DNA of 62,901 nt, the filler included. It is 5 parts of 5 records of this genome, joined end to end, with 100 filler letters (N's around TTAATTAATTAA, not from the genome) between each part and the next. Parts side by side here need not be neighbours in the genome. Positions count along the whole stretch, not along the records: positions 13,155 to 43,980 come from SRR31156797_8124; 4 more parts are not named here. One strand, 5' to 3'. The notes beneath the pieces were generated by a model. It worked only from the letters and a program-made list of their open reading frames with translations. It did no database searches and was not told the DNA's origin. Below, piece by piece: positions 29,939 through 39,644 of this stretch; the first letter of the stretch is position 1, and every line of letters starts with the position of its first letter. The position numbers were made by a program, and so were the translations under genes.

Positions 29939-31276
29939 TTAAATTAATCCTCTTGATTTTAATTCAAGATATTTGTTTAGTGTCTTAATGGTTAAATCTT
30001 TCGGATCGGTTAATATCGTATGTATTCCATATTTTTCCAATTCTTTCACAATTAATTTTTTATCGTACATGAATTTCTCACCAATGGTTTTCACATAGAT
30101 TTCCTCTATGCTTTTGGCTGGTTGTCTGGTCATTTCATATATCTCCGAATTGCTAAAGAAAACAACTACCAAAAGGTGATCTTTCGCCAATCCTTGCAGA
30201 TAAGGAAGTTGTCTTTTCATGGAATCCAGGCTTTCAAAATTGGTATATAACATCAGTAAGCTGCGTCCACGAACGTAATGTTTCACCGAAGTATACAACA
30301 ACTCAAAGTTAGGTTCCGGATAATTGGTTTCCTGATTGTAAAGCACCTCCATTATTTTCTTAACCTGAGTTCGTCTTCCGCCTGCCGGTATATGAGTTTG
30401 AACTTTTTCACCAAAGCATAAAAGTCCTGCTTTATCATGTTTTAATACAGCTGTATTCGAAATTACCAGGCTTGTGTTTATGGCATAATCCAACAAACTA
30501 AGTCCATAAAAAGGCATTTTCATGGAGCGTCCGCAATCAATAATGGAATAAACCGGTTGCGCTTTTTCATCCTGATATTGATTGACCATGATTTGCGACT
30601 TTCTTGCGGTAGCCTTCCAGTTAATGGTTCTGTAATCGTCACCTTTAACGTATTCCCTAATCTGATCAAATTCCATCTGATGACCAATTCTACGAATCTT
30701 TTTTACACCAAAATCGGTTAATCGATTCGAAATTGCCATCAATTCATACTGTCTCATTTGCATATAAGATGGATAGCAAGGAAGCATTTCTTTTGCATCA
30801 ATTCGATATCTGCGTTTCACGATTCCCAGAAAGGAACTGACATAAATATTGATATTTCCGAAATGATATTCACCTCTGGCAAGTGGTCGCAAATTGTAAT
30901 TGATAAGGTTTTCCTGTCCAACTTTAAGTGCAAAGCAATAATGAAAATCTCGTTTTTGAAATTGAACCGGGATGTCATCGATCAATTCAACACCAATGGA
31001 AAAGTTGTAATTGTGTTCAACTTTTATGCTAATTGGGTTTTCATCGCCATTTGATAATTTCTCTGGACATTTTCTACTCGCTTGTATCCCATTTTTAACT
31101 CTATAGAGTAAGGCGATGTCTAATCCAATAACTATGACAAAAAGTAAACATAGCAATCGTGCAATAGCGAATAAAATGGGAAAAAAATAACCTAGTACCG
31201 AAACAACGGCAATTGCAGTTATTATCCAGTAGAATAAGGGATGAAGATATAATGATTTAATGAATTTCATTTGCAA
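29939..31276 (-). CDS. DUF58 (vWA-like) membrane-anchored protein
   Basis: N-terminal TMs, EFDQIREYVKGDDYRTINWKATARK, IDCGRSM. Confidence 0.92.
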   Translation of the reverse strand: MQMKFIKSLYLHPLFYWIITAIAVVSVLGYFFPILFAIARLLCLLFVIVIGLDIALLYRVKNGIQASRKCPEKLSNGDENPISIKVEHNYNFSIGVELIDDIPVQFQKRDFHYCFALKVGQENLINYNLRPLARGEYHFGNINIYVSSFLGIVKRRYRIDAKEMLPCYPSYMQMRQYELMAISNRLTDFGVKKIRRIGHQMEFDQIREYVKGDDYRTINWKATARKSQIMVNQYQDEKAQPVYSIIDCGRSMKMPFYGLSLLDYAINTSLVISNTAVLKHDKAGLLCFGEKVQTHIPAGGRRTQVKKIMEVLYNQETNYPEPNFELLYTSVKHYVRGRSLLMLYTNFESLDSMKRQLPYLQGLAKDHLLVVVFFSNSEIYEMTRQPAKSIEEIYVKTIGEKFMYDKKLIVKELEKYGIHTILTDPKDLTIKTLNKYLELKSRGLI

Positions 31277-31338
31277 TCAATTGAACTGATGAAGTGAAAA
31301 TTTTAGTTTAATGAGTACATGAATTTTCTAAATACAGC

Positions 31339-32319
31339 TTAGCGAGGAATTTCAATTCCTTCCAAGATTTCATTTATAATTTCTTTAGCCAATATTCCTT
31401 CCATCTCTTTTTCAGGGGTTAAAATTAATCGGTGATGAAGAACTGGCGCAACAATTTGTTTGATGTCATCAGGAGTAACAAAATCACGTCCACGAATTGC
31501 TGCGAAAGCCTTTGCTGCTGTCATTACCGAAACAGAGGCACGAGGAGAAGCACCTAAAATTACACCTGAATGTTTTCTTGTATTTTGAACGATTTGTACA
31601 ATGTATTTGCGAAGATTCTCATCGATATGAACTTCTTGTACAATTTTCTGTAAGGCTTGAATCTGGTTGGCATCAATTACTTTCGAGATTTCCTGAATCT
31701 CTAAATTACCTCTGCGTTCATGTTTTGTATTCAATATGTTTACCTCTTCATCTTCATTCGGATAATCAAATTCTATCTTCATTAAGAATCTGTCTAGCTG
31801 TGCTTCTGGTAGGCGATAGGTTCCTTCCTGCTCAATTGGATTTTGTGTAGCCAGTACCCAAAATGGTTCATCCATTTTATAGGTTTGTCCATCGATACTC
31901 ACCTGAAATTCTTCCATTACCTCAAATAAAGCAGCTTGGGTTTTTGCTGGAGCACGATTGATCTCATCAATTAAAACAATGTTTGAGAAAATTGGACCTT
32001 GATTGAATTCAAATTCCGATTTACTCATGTTGAATATGGTAGTTCCTAAAACATCTGAAGGCATCAAATCTGGCGTAAATTGTATTCTTGAAAAATCGGA
32101 ATTGATTGCTTTAGCAAGTAACTTTGCCGATAAGGTTTTTGCAATTCCAGGAACACCTTCAATTAAAACATGTCCTTTTGCAAATAAACCCACAAGTAGT
32201 AAATCAATGTTTTTTTCCTGACCAATGATTACTTTTTGAATCTCAAATTTTATCTGATTTATCAGTTGATTCAATTCGTTCAAATCAATTCTGCTTTCGA
32301 AGTGTGCTTTACTTTCCAT
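31339..32319 (-). CDS. moxR: MoxR family AAA+ ATPase
   Basis: GVPGIAKT Walker A, RIQFTPDLMPSD, DEINRAPAKTQ, ATQNPIEQEGTY, GASPRAS; likely ATG at 32319 (ORF opens at 32370). Confidence 0.95.
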   Translation of the reverse strand: MESKAHFESRIDLNELNQLINQIKFEIQKVIIGQEKNIDLLLVGLFAKGHVLIEGVPGIAKTLSAKLLAKAINSDFSRIQFTPDLMPSDVLGTTIFNMSKSEFEFNQGPIFSNIVLIDEINRAPAKTQAALFEVMEEFQVSIDGQTYKMDEPFWVLATQNPIEQEGTYRLPEAQLDRFLMKIEFDYPNEDEEVNILNTKHERRGNLEIQEISKVIDANQIQALQKIVQEVHIDENLRKYIVQIVQNTRKHSGVILGASPRASVSVMTAAKAFAAIRGRDFVTPDDIKQIVAPVLHHRLILTPEKEMEGILAKEIINEILEGIEIPR

Positions 32320-32341
32320 ATTGAGTTTTATCTTATTTTTT

Positions 32342-33529
32342 TTATTTACAATTGTCGTAGATGTATTCAATTTTTGAATGAAAATCTTCTAAACCTTCTT
32401 GTGTAAGTTGGTTTAACTCTTTTACTGATTTTGCTTGCTGATGAAGTATTTGCAAGGTTTTTAATGCGATACCTGAACGAACACTTAGTTCGTGAAGGTT
32501 TTTTTCTGCAAACTCTGTATGATACTTGCTTCGAATGAATTCTTTAAAATGCTTAATTTTTTTATCAGCAATATCTTTATGGTTCCTACTCGTATAATAC
32601 AATGCACCAAGTGTTCGAATAAAGTCAAGAGAAGTATTTCGCAATGGTTCTATTATCGGAATGATTTGCTGTTGTCTTTTTCCCTGGAAAATCAGTAAGA
32701 ATACTAAGGAGAAAAATAGCAAGTAAAATGCCAGGCGCAATGGAGGATTGACTAAGAGATATTTAAGTGGAGAACTGGAACGCATAGCGCGCATTGGCTT
32801 GTAATATTCATCCCAAACAATTGGATAGTTGGGCAAATAGCTAAAAGCTCCAGCGATATATTCAGCATTCTTATCCGAAAGAATATTGTAATTGGTAAAG
32901 GCTAAGGGTTGGCAACTTAAAAATAGGTTTCCTTTGCCAATTTTTTTCTTAATTAATTGCACTTCCTTTTCTGAATTGCGACCAAGGACAATCAAACTGT
33001 CCTTGTTAAATTTGTCAATAAAAGAAGGATCAAAAGCTTTCTCGAAATTGAAAGTTTTATTACGATAGATTTTTTCGTTTTCGAAGGATTGAATTCGAGT
33101 GTTCTTAGTTAGGTGAGCAATTCTTAGATCGGTATTAATGCTTAATTTAAGAGTATCTTCCAGAGCTTTACCGATGCTGGATGCGGCAATAAAAATTTGA
33201 TTGCCTTGTTCTGCAAGTTCAATTAATCTCGCAGCATCCCAATCTTTCATATCCAAATGATTGGTGATGTAGATGTAATTTTTTAGAACTGACTCATCTT
33301 CTTCATACTCATAATTAAAAACAGGTACTGTCTCATGCTCAATAGTTCGATTCGGAAAAAACTCCGTTTTCAGAAGATCCACAAGTAGGTAAGATCCATA
33401 AGGTCTTTTATCGTTTGAATTGAAATTTTGAGTCCAATCAATTGGGGTAGGAGTAAACAATTCAACAAGAAACAGTAGAATCAATATTCCGATAAAAGGG
33501 TAGATGGATTTTGGAACAACTAATTTCAT
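32342..33529 (-). CDS. DUF4350 domain protein
   Basis: PIDWTQNF..DKRPYG, AFTNYNIL, WDEYY, KRQQQIIP...NTSLDF; TM at both ends. Confidence 0.82.
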   Translation of the reverse strand: MKLVVPKSIYPFIGILILLFLVELFTPTPIDWTQNFNSNDKRPYGSYLLVDLLKTEFFPNRTIEHETVPVFNYEYEEDESVLKNYIYITNHLDMKDWDAARLIELAEQGNQIFIAASSIGKALEDTLKLSINTDLRIAHLTKNTRIQSFENEKIYRNKTFNFEKAFDPSFIDKFNKDSLIVLGRNSEKEVQLIKKKIGKGNLFLSCQPLAFTNYNILSDKNAEYIAGAFSYLPNYPIVWDEYYKPMRAMRSSSPLKYLLVNPPLRLAFYLLFFSLVFLLIFQGKRQQQIIPIIEPLRNTSLDFIRTLGALYYTSRNHKDIADKKIKHFKEFIRSKYHTEFAEKNLHELSVRSGIALKTLQILHQQAKSVKELNQLTQEGLEDFHSKIEYIYDNCK

Positions 33530-33534
33530 TTGAA

Positions 33535-34281
33535 TTATTTTCTGTTAGTATTAAACATTGAATTGAAACGCTCGAAATCATTTCCTATCGAGGTATAATC
33601 TTCCTGAACAATTGGAAAATTACCATACCAAACTGCTTCGTACAATGCACTCAGTTCTGAGAATTCTGTTTTAATGTTCGTATCTTTTATTTCAAGAATG
33701 TAATCGTAATTTGTTTTTTCCGATTTCCAAATGATAAAATCTAGTTTGCTTAAGGTTTTAAGTGAGGCTAAAAACTGATAGCGAACGGCTAATCGGTATT
33801 CTTTATTTTTTAGTGCTTTAGCGATTTCTTCTTCCCAGTTTACAGTTTCGGGATTCATATTATCAGTAAACTGTATTGGAATTATTTTTTGGTGAGGTTT
33901 AAATAAGCCGCTGGAATTGCTTTTTGCGATAATAAAAATCAGGAATAGAATTAAACCACCAATTAGAATGTATCTTAAATACCAAATAACGCCCAAACTT
34001 TTACTGATAAAAGCCAGCCAACGCTGAACCATCAGTTGTATTCTTTCGAATATATTTACTGATTCTGGTTCCGATAAATCGTAATTGAAATCTTTTAATT
34101 GGCGATACTCTTTTATTCTGTCTTTCGATATTTCCTTTTTATAGGTTTTAACCTGTCCCTTATCTAAAATTAAGGTATCGCTTGTAGTATTTGTTTGTGC
34201 AGCATAAAGCATGGTTCCCGAAAAAATCAGGAACCAACAGTTTAGTGCTATTATTTTTAGAAATTTACTCATCGGTACCAA
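33535..34281 (-). CDS. DUF4129 domain protein
   Basis: YRLAVRYQF, KTNYDY, YEAVWYG. Confidence 0.8.
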   Translation of the reverse strand: MVPMSKFLKIIALNCWFLIFSGTMLYAAQTNTTSDTLILDKGQVKTYKKEISKDRIKEYRQLKDFNYDLSEPESVNIFERIQLMVQRWLAFISKSLGVIWYLRYILIGGLILFLIFIIAKSNSSGLFKPHQKIIPIQFTDNMNPETVNWEEEIAKALKNKEYRLAVRYQFLASLKTLSKLDFIIWKSEKTNYDYILEIKDTNIKTEFSELSALYEAVWYGNFPIVQEDYTSIGNDFERFNSMFNTNRK

Positions 34282-35122
34282 CAGTTTCCAAGTCTTTTAA
34301 TAGAGACGGGCTTTGCTTTTTCTCAATTAAATTAAAGTACTGAATTACAATTGCCGTTATTGGTAAAACCTGAATAAATGCATATCCTAATGCCTGGATT
34401 ATAGAAAACAAGATACTTAAAGCTTTACTTGGTGTAATTGGATCACCGGTACTCATAAAAATAGCAACAACCATCTGGTAAATGAAATTAGGAAGTTGAA
34501 CAAAGAAATTTAATGAGTAGCCAATAATACTAATGATAAATAAAAATCCAAAAGTATTCCACCAGTTGTTTTTTATTAGGCTAAAACAGCTGCTTATAGC
34601 GGAACCAACAGTTTCCTTCTCGAAAATTACGATTGGAATCACCAAACTTACACAAATTGCAATGTATATGCCTGGGATTATTAAAATGATAGAACCTACT
34701 AATGTTAGCAAACCACAAAGGAATAAAGCTCCAAGTACCTGTGGAATATTAGTAATCATTCGTTTCCATACTTCACTTAATTCAAAATTATTTGCTCCTT
34801 TTTCTCTATAGGTGTTTACGTAGTTCATTACAAATGACATTGCAAATGAATAAGCAAGTAGCATTAAAAAGTAACTGATAAAAGTTGTGATAATAAGAAA
34901 ACTTGATCCTTGAGTAAAAATATTTCCTCCGGATGATAAATTAGTTAGACTGTTAAATTGAATCAAGCCTAATACAACACCCTGTATCAAGCTAATTGGA
35001 AATACATAGTAAAGAAGTCCTTTAGCCAGGTTTTTAAAATTCTGCTTAATAAATAAGAAAGTATCACTAAATAAAGCTCCGAAGTCACGAACCTTCTCAA
35101 ATTTAAAATCGTTACTTGTCAT
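34265..35122 (-). CDS. Multi-TM membrane protein of the SpoIIM/MoxR cluster
   Basis: RDFGALFSDTF, IIPGIY, LIKNNWWNTFG, QYFNLIEKK. Confidence 0.8.
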   Translation of the reverse strand: MTSNDFKFEKVRDFGALFSDTFLFIKQNFKNLAKGLLYYVFPISLIQGVVLGLIQFNSLTNLSSGGNIFTQGSSFLIITTFISYFLMLLAYSFAMSFVMNYVNTYREKGANNFELSEVWKRMITNIPQVLGALFLCGLLTLVGSIILIIPGIYIAICVSLVIPIVIFEKETVGSAISSCFSLIKNNWWNTFGFLFIISIIGYSLNFFVQLPNFIYQMVVAIFMSTGDPITPSKALSILFSIIQALGYAFIQVLPITAIVIQYFNLIEKKQSPSLLKDLETVGTDE

Positions 35123-35146
35123 TTTTTTCTTTTTGGTAGTTATTAA

Positions 35147-36106
35147 TTAATTGTTTTTGCTTTGATAAACTCTTACTGGATTGATAACGAAGTACCAAAT
35201 TATAAATGCAAATGAGCTTAAAATAATAGTCCAGCTTAATGCGATTGGCATTTCGGTGTGTCGGGTAACAAATCCTTCTAAAAAACCTGCTACTATAAAT
35301 ATTGGGAATATTCCTACTATTACTTTAATTCCTTTTCTTACACCATTTTGTATGGATACTTTTCTTGGAAGAGTTCCTGTAAAAATGAAGCTATTTCCTA
35401 GAGTGATTCCAGCGGCTCCGGCAATTATAATTACCGAAATCTCTAAGGCTCCGTGAATCCAGATAACACGAGTTGTTTCCCAAAAAAGATCGTGTTTTAT
35501 GAAGAAATAGGTAAAACTCCCAAGCATTATGCCATTGGAGAATAGAATGTATCCAGTTCCAAAAGCTGTAAATATCCCAAATACAAAAGCTATAAAGGAA
35601 ACTCTTATATTGTTGACTGTGATGCCTAAAAACATTTCTGTTTGACCATGTTGTTTGTACACAGCCATAGGATCATTTTTTCGAATGTTGTCAATTGTCA
35701 TATTAACATAGTCATCGCCAAGTATGGTCCGAACAAAAGCTTGATCTCCTCGTGACGATAAAACTCCAATAAATACCGCTACAATAAATATTAGAAAAGC
35801 ATATAGCAGTTGTTTTCTGATTTGGTATAGTGTTAATGGTAAATCGGTTTTCCAAAAGTTTTTGAACGCACCTTTTCGCACCTTTTTGTTTTTGTAGATT
35901 TTTTGATGCACACGCATGCTCAACTGGTTCAGATATATTGTAGTTGAAGATCCGGGATAAAAAGTTCGGGAGTAGGATAAATCGTCGGTAAGCTGAATGT
36001 ATAAATTGGCAATCGTATCCGGATCACTATCGGATGATTGATTTAATAGTTTTTCAAATTTTTCCCATTTGTGCTTGTTGCGATTCAGGAATACTATTTC
36101 TTTCAT
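35147..36106 (-). CDS. SpoIIM (DUF95) family membrane protein
   Basis: DDLSYSRTFYP, YLNQL, NNIRV, NGIMLG, IHGALE, AGFLEGFVT. Confidence 0.92.
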   Translation of the reverse strand: MKEIVFLNRNKHKWEKFEKLLNQSSDSDPDTIANLYIQLTDDLSYSRTFYPGSSTTIYLNQLSMRVHQKIYKNKKVRKGAFKNFWKTDLPLTLYQIRKQLLYAFLIFIVAVFIGVLSSRGDQAFVRTILGDDYVNMTIDNIRKNDPMAVYKQHGQTEMFLGITVNNIRVSFIAFVFGIFTAFGTGYILFSNGIMLGSFTYFFIKHDLFWETTRVIWIHGALEISVIIIAGAAGITLGNSFIFTGTLPRKVSIQNGVRKGIKVIVGIFPIFIVAGFLEGFVTRHTEMPIALSWTIILSSFAFIIWYFVINPVRVYQSKNN

Positions 36107-36315
36107 ATAGGGTAGGCAAGTGGTCTATGTTACAGTGATAAAGTTATCTTAAATCAGGAAATAAACAAATCACTTTTACTGTTAATTTTATATGGTATTC
36201 GTAAGTTTCAGATTGGCAATGAAATGAATTTTGTCATTCGATTAAAATAGCTTCGAAATTTTTATCTTTTGTTTATGATAGGTATCTTCGTTTAATCTTA
36301 AACGAATTGAAATTT

Positions 36316-37029
36316 ATGTCGAAAATTGGAATTGAAACTACACAGAACGTACAATTAAGCTTTCCTTTGGCTAGTGTAGGAGAAAGAATTGCAGCTTATC
36401 TTCTTGATGTTTTATTTATAGGAGTTTGTTTCATGTTTTGTGGATTGTTATTTGGAGCTTTAGGAGAAGCGTATGCTTTTGTATTTTTGGTAACGATACC
36501 ATTTCTTTTTTACACTTTGTTGTTTGAAGTTTTTATGAGTGGGCAAACACCGGGTAAAAAGATCATGAAAATTAAAGTATGCAAAATTGATGGGGATTCT
36601 GCTGATTTTATTAGTTATCTTATCAGATGGATGTTTAGATTAGTTGATATTACTTTAACCAATGGGGTTGCAGCTATACTAACTATTGTTATAGGAGAAA
36701 AAGGACAACGTGTTGGTGATATTTTAGCAAAAACTACTGTTGTTAAAACAACTAGTAAAATAACATTAAAGAATACCATTTTGGAAGATATTCCCGAAGG
36801 TTATCAATTGGTTTTCCCAGAGGTGAAAAAAGTGAAGGATAAAGATCTGGAGTTGTTTAAACAAGTGATTAGTCAATTAAACAAAATGGAAGATCATGTA
36901 GAAAAATTAACTTTTGGTTTAAAGGCAAGAAAGAAAGTTTCTGATCAGCTTGGTATAAAAACAGAAATGCCACCTGAGCAATTTTTTCAAACCTTACTAA
37001 CAGATTACAACTATATTCATAGAAATTAG
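36316..37029 (+). CDS. RDD family protein
   Basis: IETTQNV, ASVGERIAAYLLD, GQTPGK, RWMFRLVD, QRVGD; ATG at 36316. Confidence 0.92.
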   Translation: MSKIGIETTQNVQLSFPLASVGERIAAYLLDVLFIGVCFMFCGLLFGALGEAYAFVFLVTIPFLFYTLLFEVFMSGQTPGKKIMKIKVCKIDGDSADFISYLIRWMFRLVDITLTNGVAAILTIVIGEKGQRVGDILAKTTVVKTTSKITLKNTILEDIPEGYQLVFPEVKKVKDKDLELFKQVISQLNKMEDHVEKLTFGLKARKKVSDQLGIKTEMPPEQFFQTLLTDYNYIHRN

Positions 37030-37042
37030 AAACTTATATAAG

Positions 37043-37080
37043 AATCGGCAAGAAAGTTAAATTTTTGCCGATTTTTTTTT
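37043..37080 (+). terminator. Intrinsic terminator after the RDD gene
   Basis: aatcggcaa...ttgccgatttttttt. Confidence 0.65.
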
Positions 37081-37107
37081 GCATCCATTTGCATTCATAT
37101 GCGTCTA
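37080..37107 (+). promoter_or_regulatory. Putative ECF-sigma promoter
   Basis: tGCATCC-N15-CGTCTA upstream of the Cys-rich gene and sigZ; CGTC-type -10 element. Confidence 0.5.
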
Positions 37108-37150
37108 CACGAATGAGAGTAGAAAATTTAAATGAAGAAAATCAAAAAAT

Positions 37151-37408
37151 ATGCATATGAATAACGAATGTTGCGGATCTCAATTGTATCATACAGGTGT
37201 TTGCTGTAATGATGATAGCGTAAATACTGAATTGGTAAATCAGGTACTAAATGCTCCTGAAGAGAAAACATTGAAGGATTGTGCATGCCAGGGATTAGGT
37301 CCGTGTCAATGTCCACCAGATAAAAAAGAAGATGCAATTGCAGATCAATTTAAAGATCTTAAGTATGCAAATGACGCCTGTGGTTGCGGTGGTAACTGTG
37401 GCTGTTAA
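37151..37408 (+). CDS. Small Cys-rich, metallothionein-like protein
   Basis: 85 aa, 12 Cys arranged CC, CC, CAC, CQC, CGC, CGC; no signal peptide. Confidence 0.75.
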   Translation: MHMNNECCGSQLYHTGVCCNDDSVNTELVNQVLNAPEEKTLKDCACQGLGPCQCPPDKKEDAIADQFKDLKYANDACGCGGNCGC

Positions 37409-37604
37409 TTCCTTTGTGTACTATATTACTCCTGGTAAACAGGAGAACCACTACTAATTAATTTTCATATCGTCACCTATTATTGAATCTATGAGTACAT
37501 CAAAAGAATCAATAGCAGGTGACGTTTTTATTTAGAATCAGTTTAGATTGTTTTGCTGTTTTTTGTATTTTTGTTCACTAGTAGAGTAAAATTAGAAAGA
37601 TGAA

Positions 37605-38159
37605 ATGGTAGAGCATATTTGGAGAACTTATCACAAACAGTTGTTGGCTTTTATCCAAAAAAGAGTGTCCGATCCTACAATGGCAGAGGATATTCTTCAG
37701 GAGGTGTTTATTAAAATACACAGCAAAATAGATAGCTTGCAGGAAGAGCGCAAGGTGAAAGCATGGTTGTTTCAGATAACTCGCAATACCATAATTGATT
37801 ATTACAGGAGATCAGAACTACATTCAAAGCAGGACGATCAAATTTCAGACCTAGAGGATGAAAATGATCCTGGAGCATTGGAAGATATTCAATCCTGTAT
37901 CGTTCCTATGATTAAATCCTTACCTGAAGATTATAGAGATGCTTTAATGTTATCCGAATTGAATGGATTAAGTCAAAAAGAACTTTCTGAGAAACTGCAT
38001 ATTTCCTATTCAGCTGCAAAATCGAGAGTTCAAAGAGGCAGAAGTATGTTAAAAGAGGCTTTAAGCAAATGTTGTAGTTTCGAGCATGATTCTAGAGGAA
38101 GAATTATCGATTACGAAAAAAGAGCTTCCAACTGTGATAATTGTAGAGACAGCAAATAA
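37605..38159 (+). CDS. sigZ: ECF RNA polymerase sigma factor, SigZ type
   Basis: AEDILQEVFIK, AWLFQITRNTIIDYYR, SAAKSRVQRGR, C-terminal CCSFEHDSRGRIIDY...CxxC. Confidence 0.85.
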   Translation: MVEHIWRTYHKQLLAFIQKRVSDPTMAEDILQEVFIKIHSKIDSLQEERKVKAWLFQITRNTIIDYYRRSELHSKQDDQISDLEDENDPGALEDIQSCIVPMIKSLPEDYRDALMLSELNGLSQKELSEKLHISYSAAKSRVQRGRSMLKEALSKCCSFEHDSRGRIIDYEKRASNCDNCRDSK

Positions 38160-38162
38160 AAG

Positions 38163-38193
38163 AAAAAGGCATTGATCAATTGTCAATGCCTTA
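38163..38193 (-). terminator. Terminator between convergent genes
   Basis: aaaaaggcattga-tcaattg-tcaatgcctt. Confidence 0.6.
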
Positions 38194-38198
38194 AATTT

Positions 38199-39347
38199 TT
38201 AATATCTATTGTAAAATCTTTTTAATTCTTGTGTAAGATCTTTGTAAATTGGTTTGGTGAATTCGATGAATAAATCTTGATGTGGAGGAGGAAGAATAGG
38301 CTCGTTTTCACAAATTTGTAATTCTTCTTCTGTTAATGCTCTTTCGTCGCCATTATAGTGTCCCCATTCGTAGAACCAATTGAACTGTCCTGCAAATTGT
38401 TTTTGATTGAGAATTTTCTGATTGTCAAATTCAATAACTTTTAAAGCAAGTAAACCTTTGGAAATTACTTCTCGATTGTGAATGTGAAGTTTAGCTTTAA
38501 CCTTATTGTAAACCTTTATTTTTTCACCATTTTTTAGAGTTGTACTCCCAACTTCAACACTATCGGCACTTGTTACTTCTTTTTCGAAGTTAGTATCATG
38601 CGTTTCTCCTACAATAAACTCTTCAAACCCTATTGCAATAACGTGATCTGGATATTCTAATTTTTCAAGTTCTGCTTGCTTAGGAGTATAAAAGCGCACA
38701 AATTTTCGTTTGATATTGTGAAAAATATACTGTGTAACCTGATCCTGGAAGAACTCAGCACTTACTTGATACCTTTTTGAGTGAACGGGAATATGTTCTA
38801 TCACCACTTTTAAAGTAGCTATATATTCAGCTTCAGCTAATTTTTCTTGAACGTCTCTGTAGTTTGGAACAAAGGCATTTGCTTTGTTAAAGTGATTATA
38901 TGCGTTGATAGCATCTTGTCTTCCACCTTTTGTAAGTTCTCTCACTCCAGCCTCATAACATTCTGGTGCAGCTTTTTGTTTTGCCAATTCCAATTCGTTA
39001 TTATAGGATTTTACATTCGGAATCAATTCAATAGCTGCCGGACATCTGTTTATATCCGTGTACATTCTATTCAGTAAATTGTACTTGTCGACACTTTTGG
39101 TGTATTTAAATGGATCAGCTGATGCCATCAAACTATTGATTTCTCTTTCGTACCAATTAATGGCTAAAGGATAACTGCGAAGTAATGTTTCTTGTGCCTT
39201 TACTTTATCAGGATTTGACCGTAATCGATCAACAGCTTTTGATACTGCTGCAAAATAGTTTCCTTGTTGCAATGCTTTTTCTCCCGAGCTACAAGCTGAG
39301 GAAATAACAATAAGAGCAAAACAAATGTAGTGTATAGTTTTATTCAT
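38199..39347 (-). CDS. Hypothetical lipoprotein with TPR-like N-terminus
   Basis: Lipobox SSAC, helical repeats, ...PNYRDV. Confidence 0.75.
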   Translation of the reverse strand: MNKTIHYICFALIVISSACSSGEKALQQGNYFAAVSKAVDRLRSNPDKVKAQETLLRSYPLAINWYEREINSLMASADPFKYTKSVDKYNLLNRMYTDINRCPAAIELIPNVKSYNNELELAKQKAAPECYEAGVRELTKGGRQDAINAYNHFNKANAFVPNYRDVQEKLAEAEYIATLKVVIEHIPVHSKRYQVSAEFFQDQVTQYIFHNIKRKFVRFYTPKQAELEKLEYPDHVIAIGFEEFIVGETHDTNFEKEVTSADSVEVGSTTLKNGEKIKVYNKVKAKLHIHNREVISKGLLALKVIEFDNQKILNQKQFAGQFNWFYEWGHYNGDERALTEEELQICENEPILPPPHQDLFIEFTKPIYKDLTQELKRFYNRY

Positions 39348-39644
39348 ATTTAGTGGGATTTTAATTGTAGCAAAAATAGATTTAAAATGGATACTACGAT
39401 TATGAATTGATATGGTTTTCTAAAAATTATTATCTGTTTTATGGGAAAAACAAATACCGAGCCATTCTAACATTATTTTTTATATTAAACCCAATGACTT
39501 GCAGTGACAACTACTTAATATTGATTTTAAAAGATTACATATTTTTAACATTGACCTTGTTAATATTTATTATATCCTAAATCAAGATTATTATTGAAGT
39601 AACATGAGTGATTTACTTTTGGATATAATCAAGTTGTTGAACTT

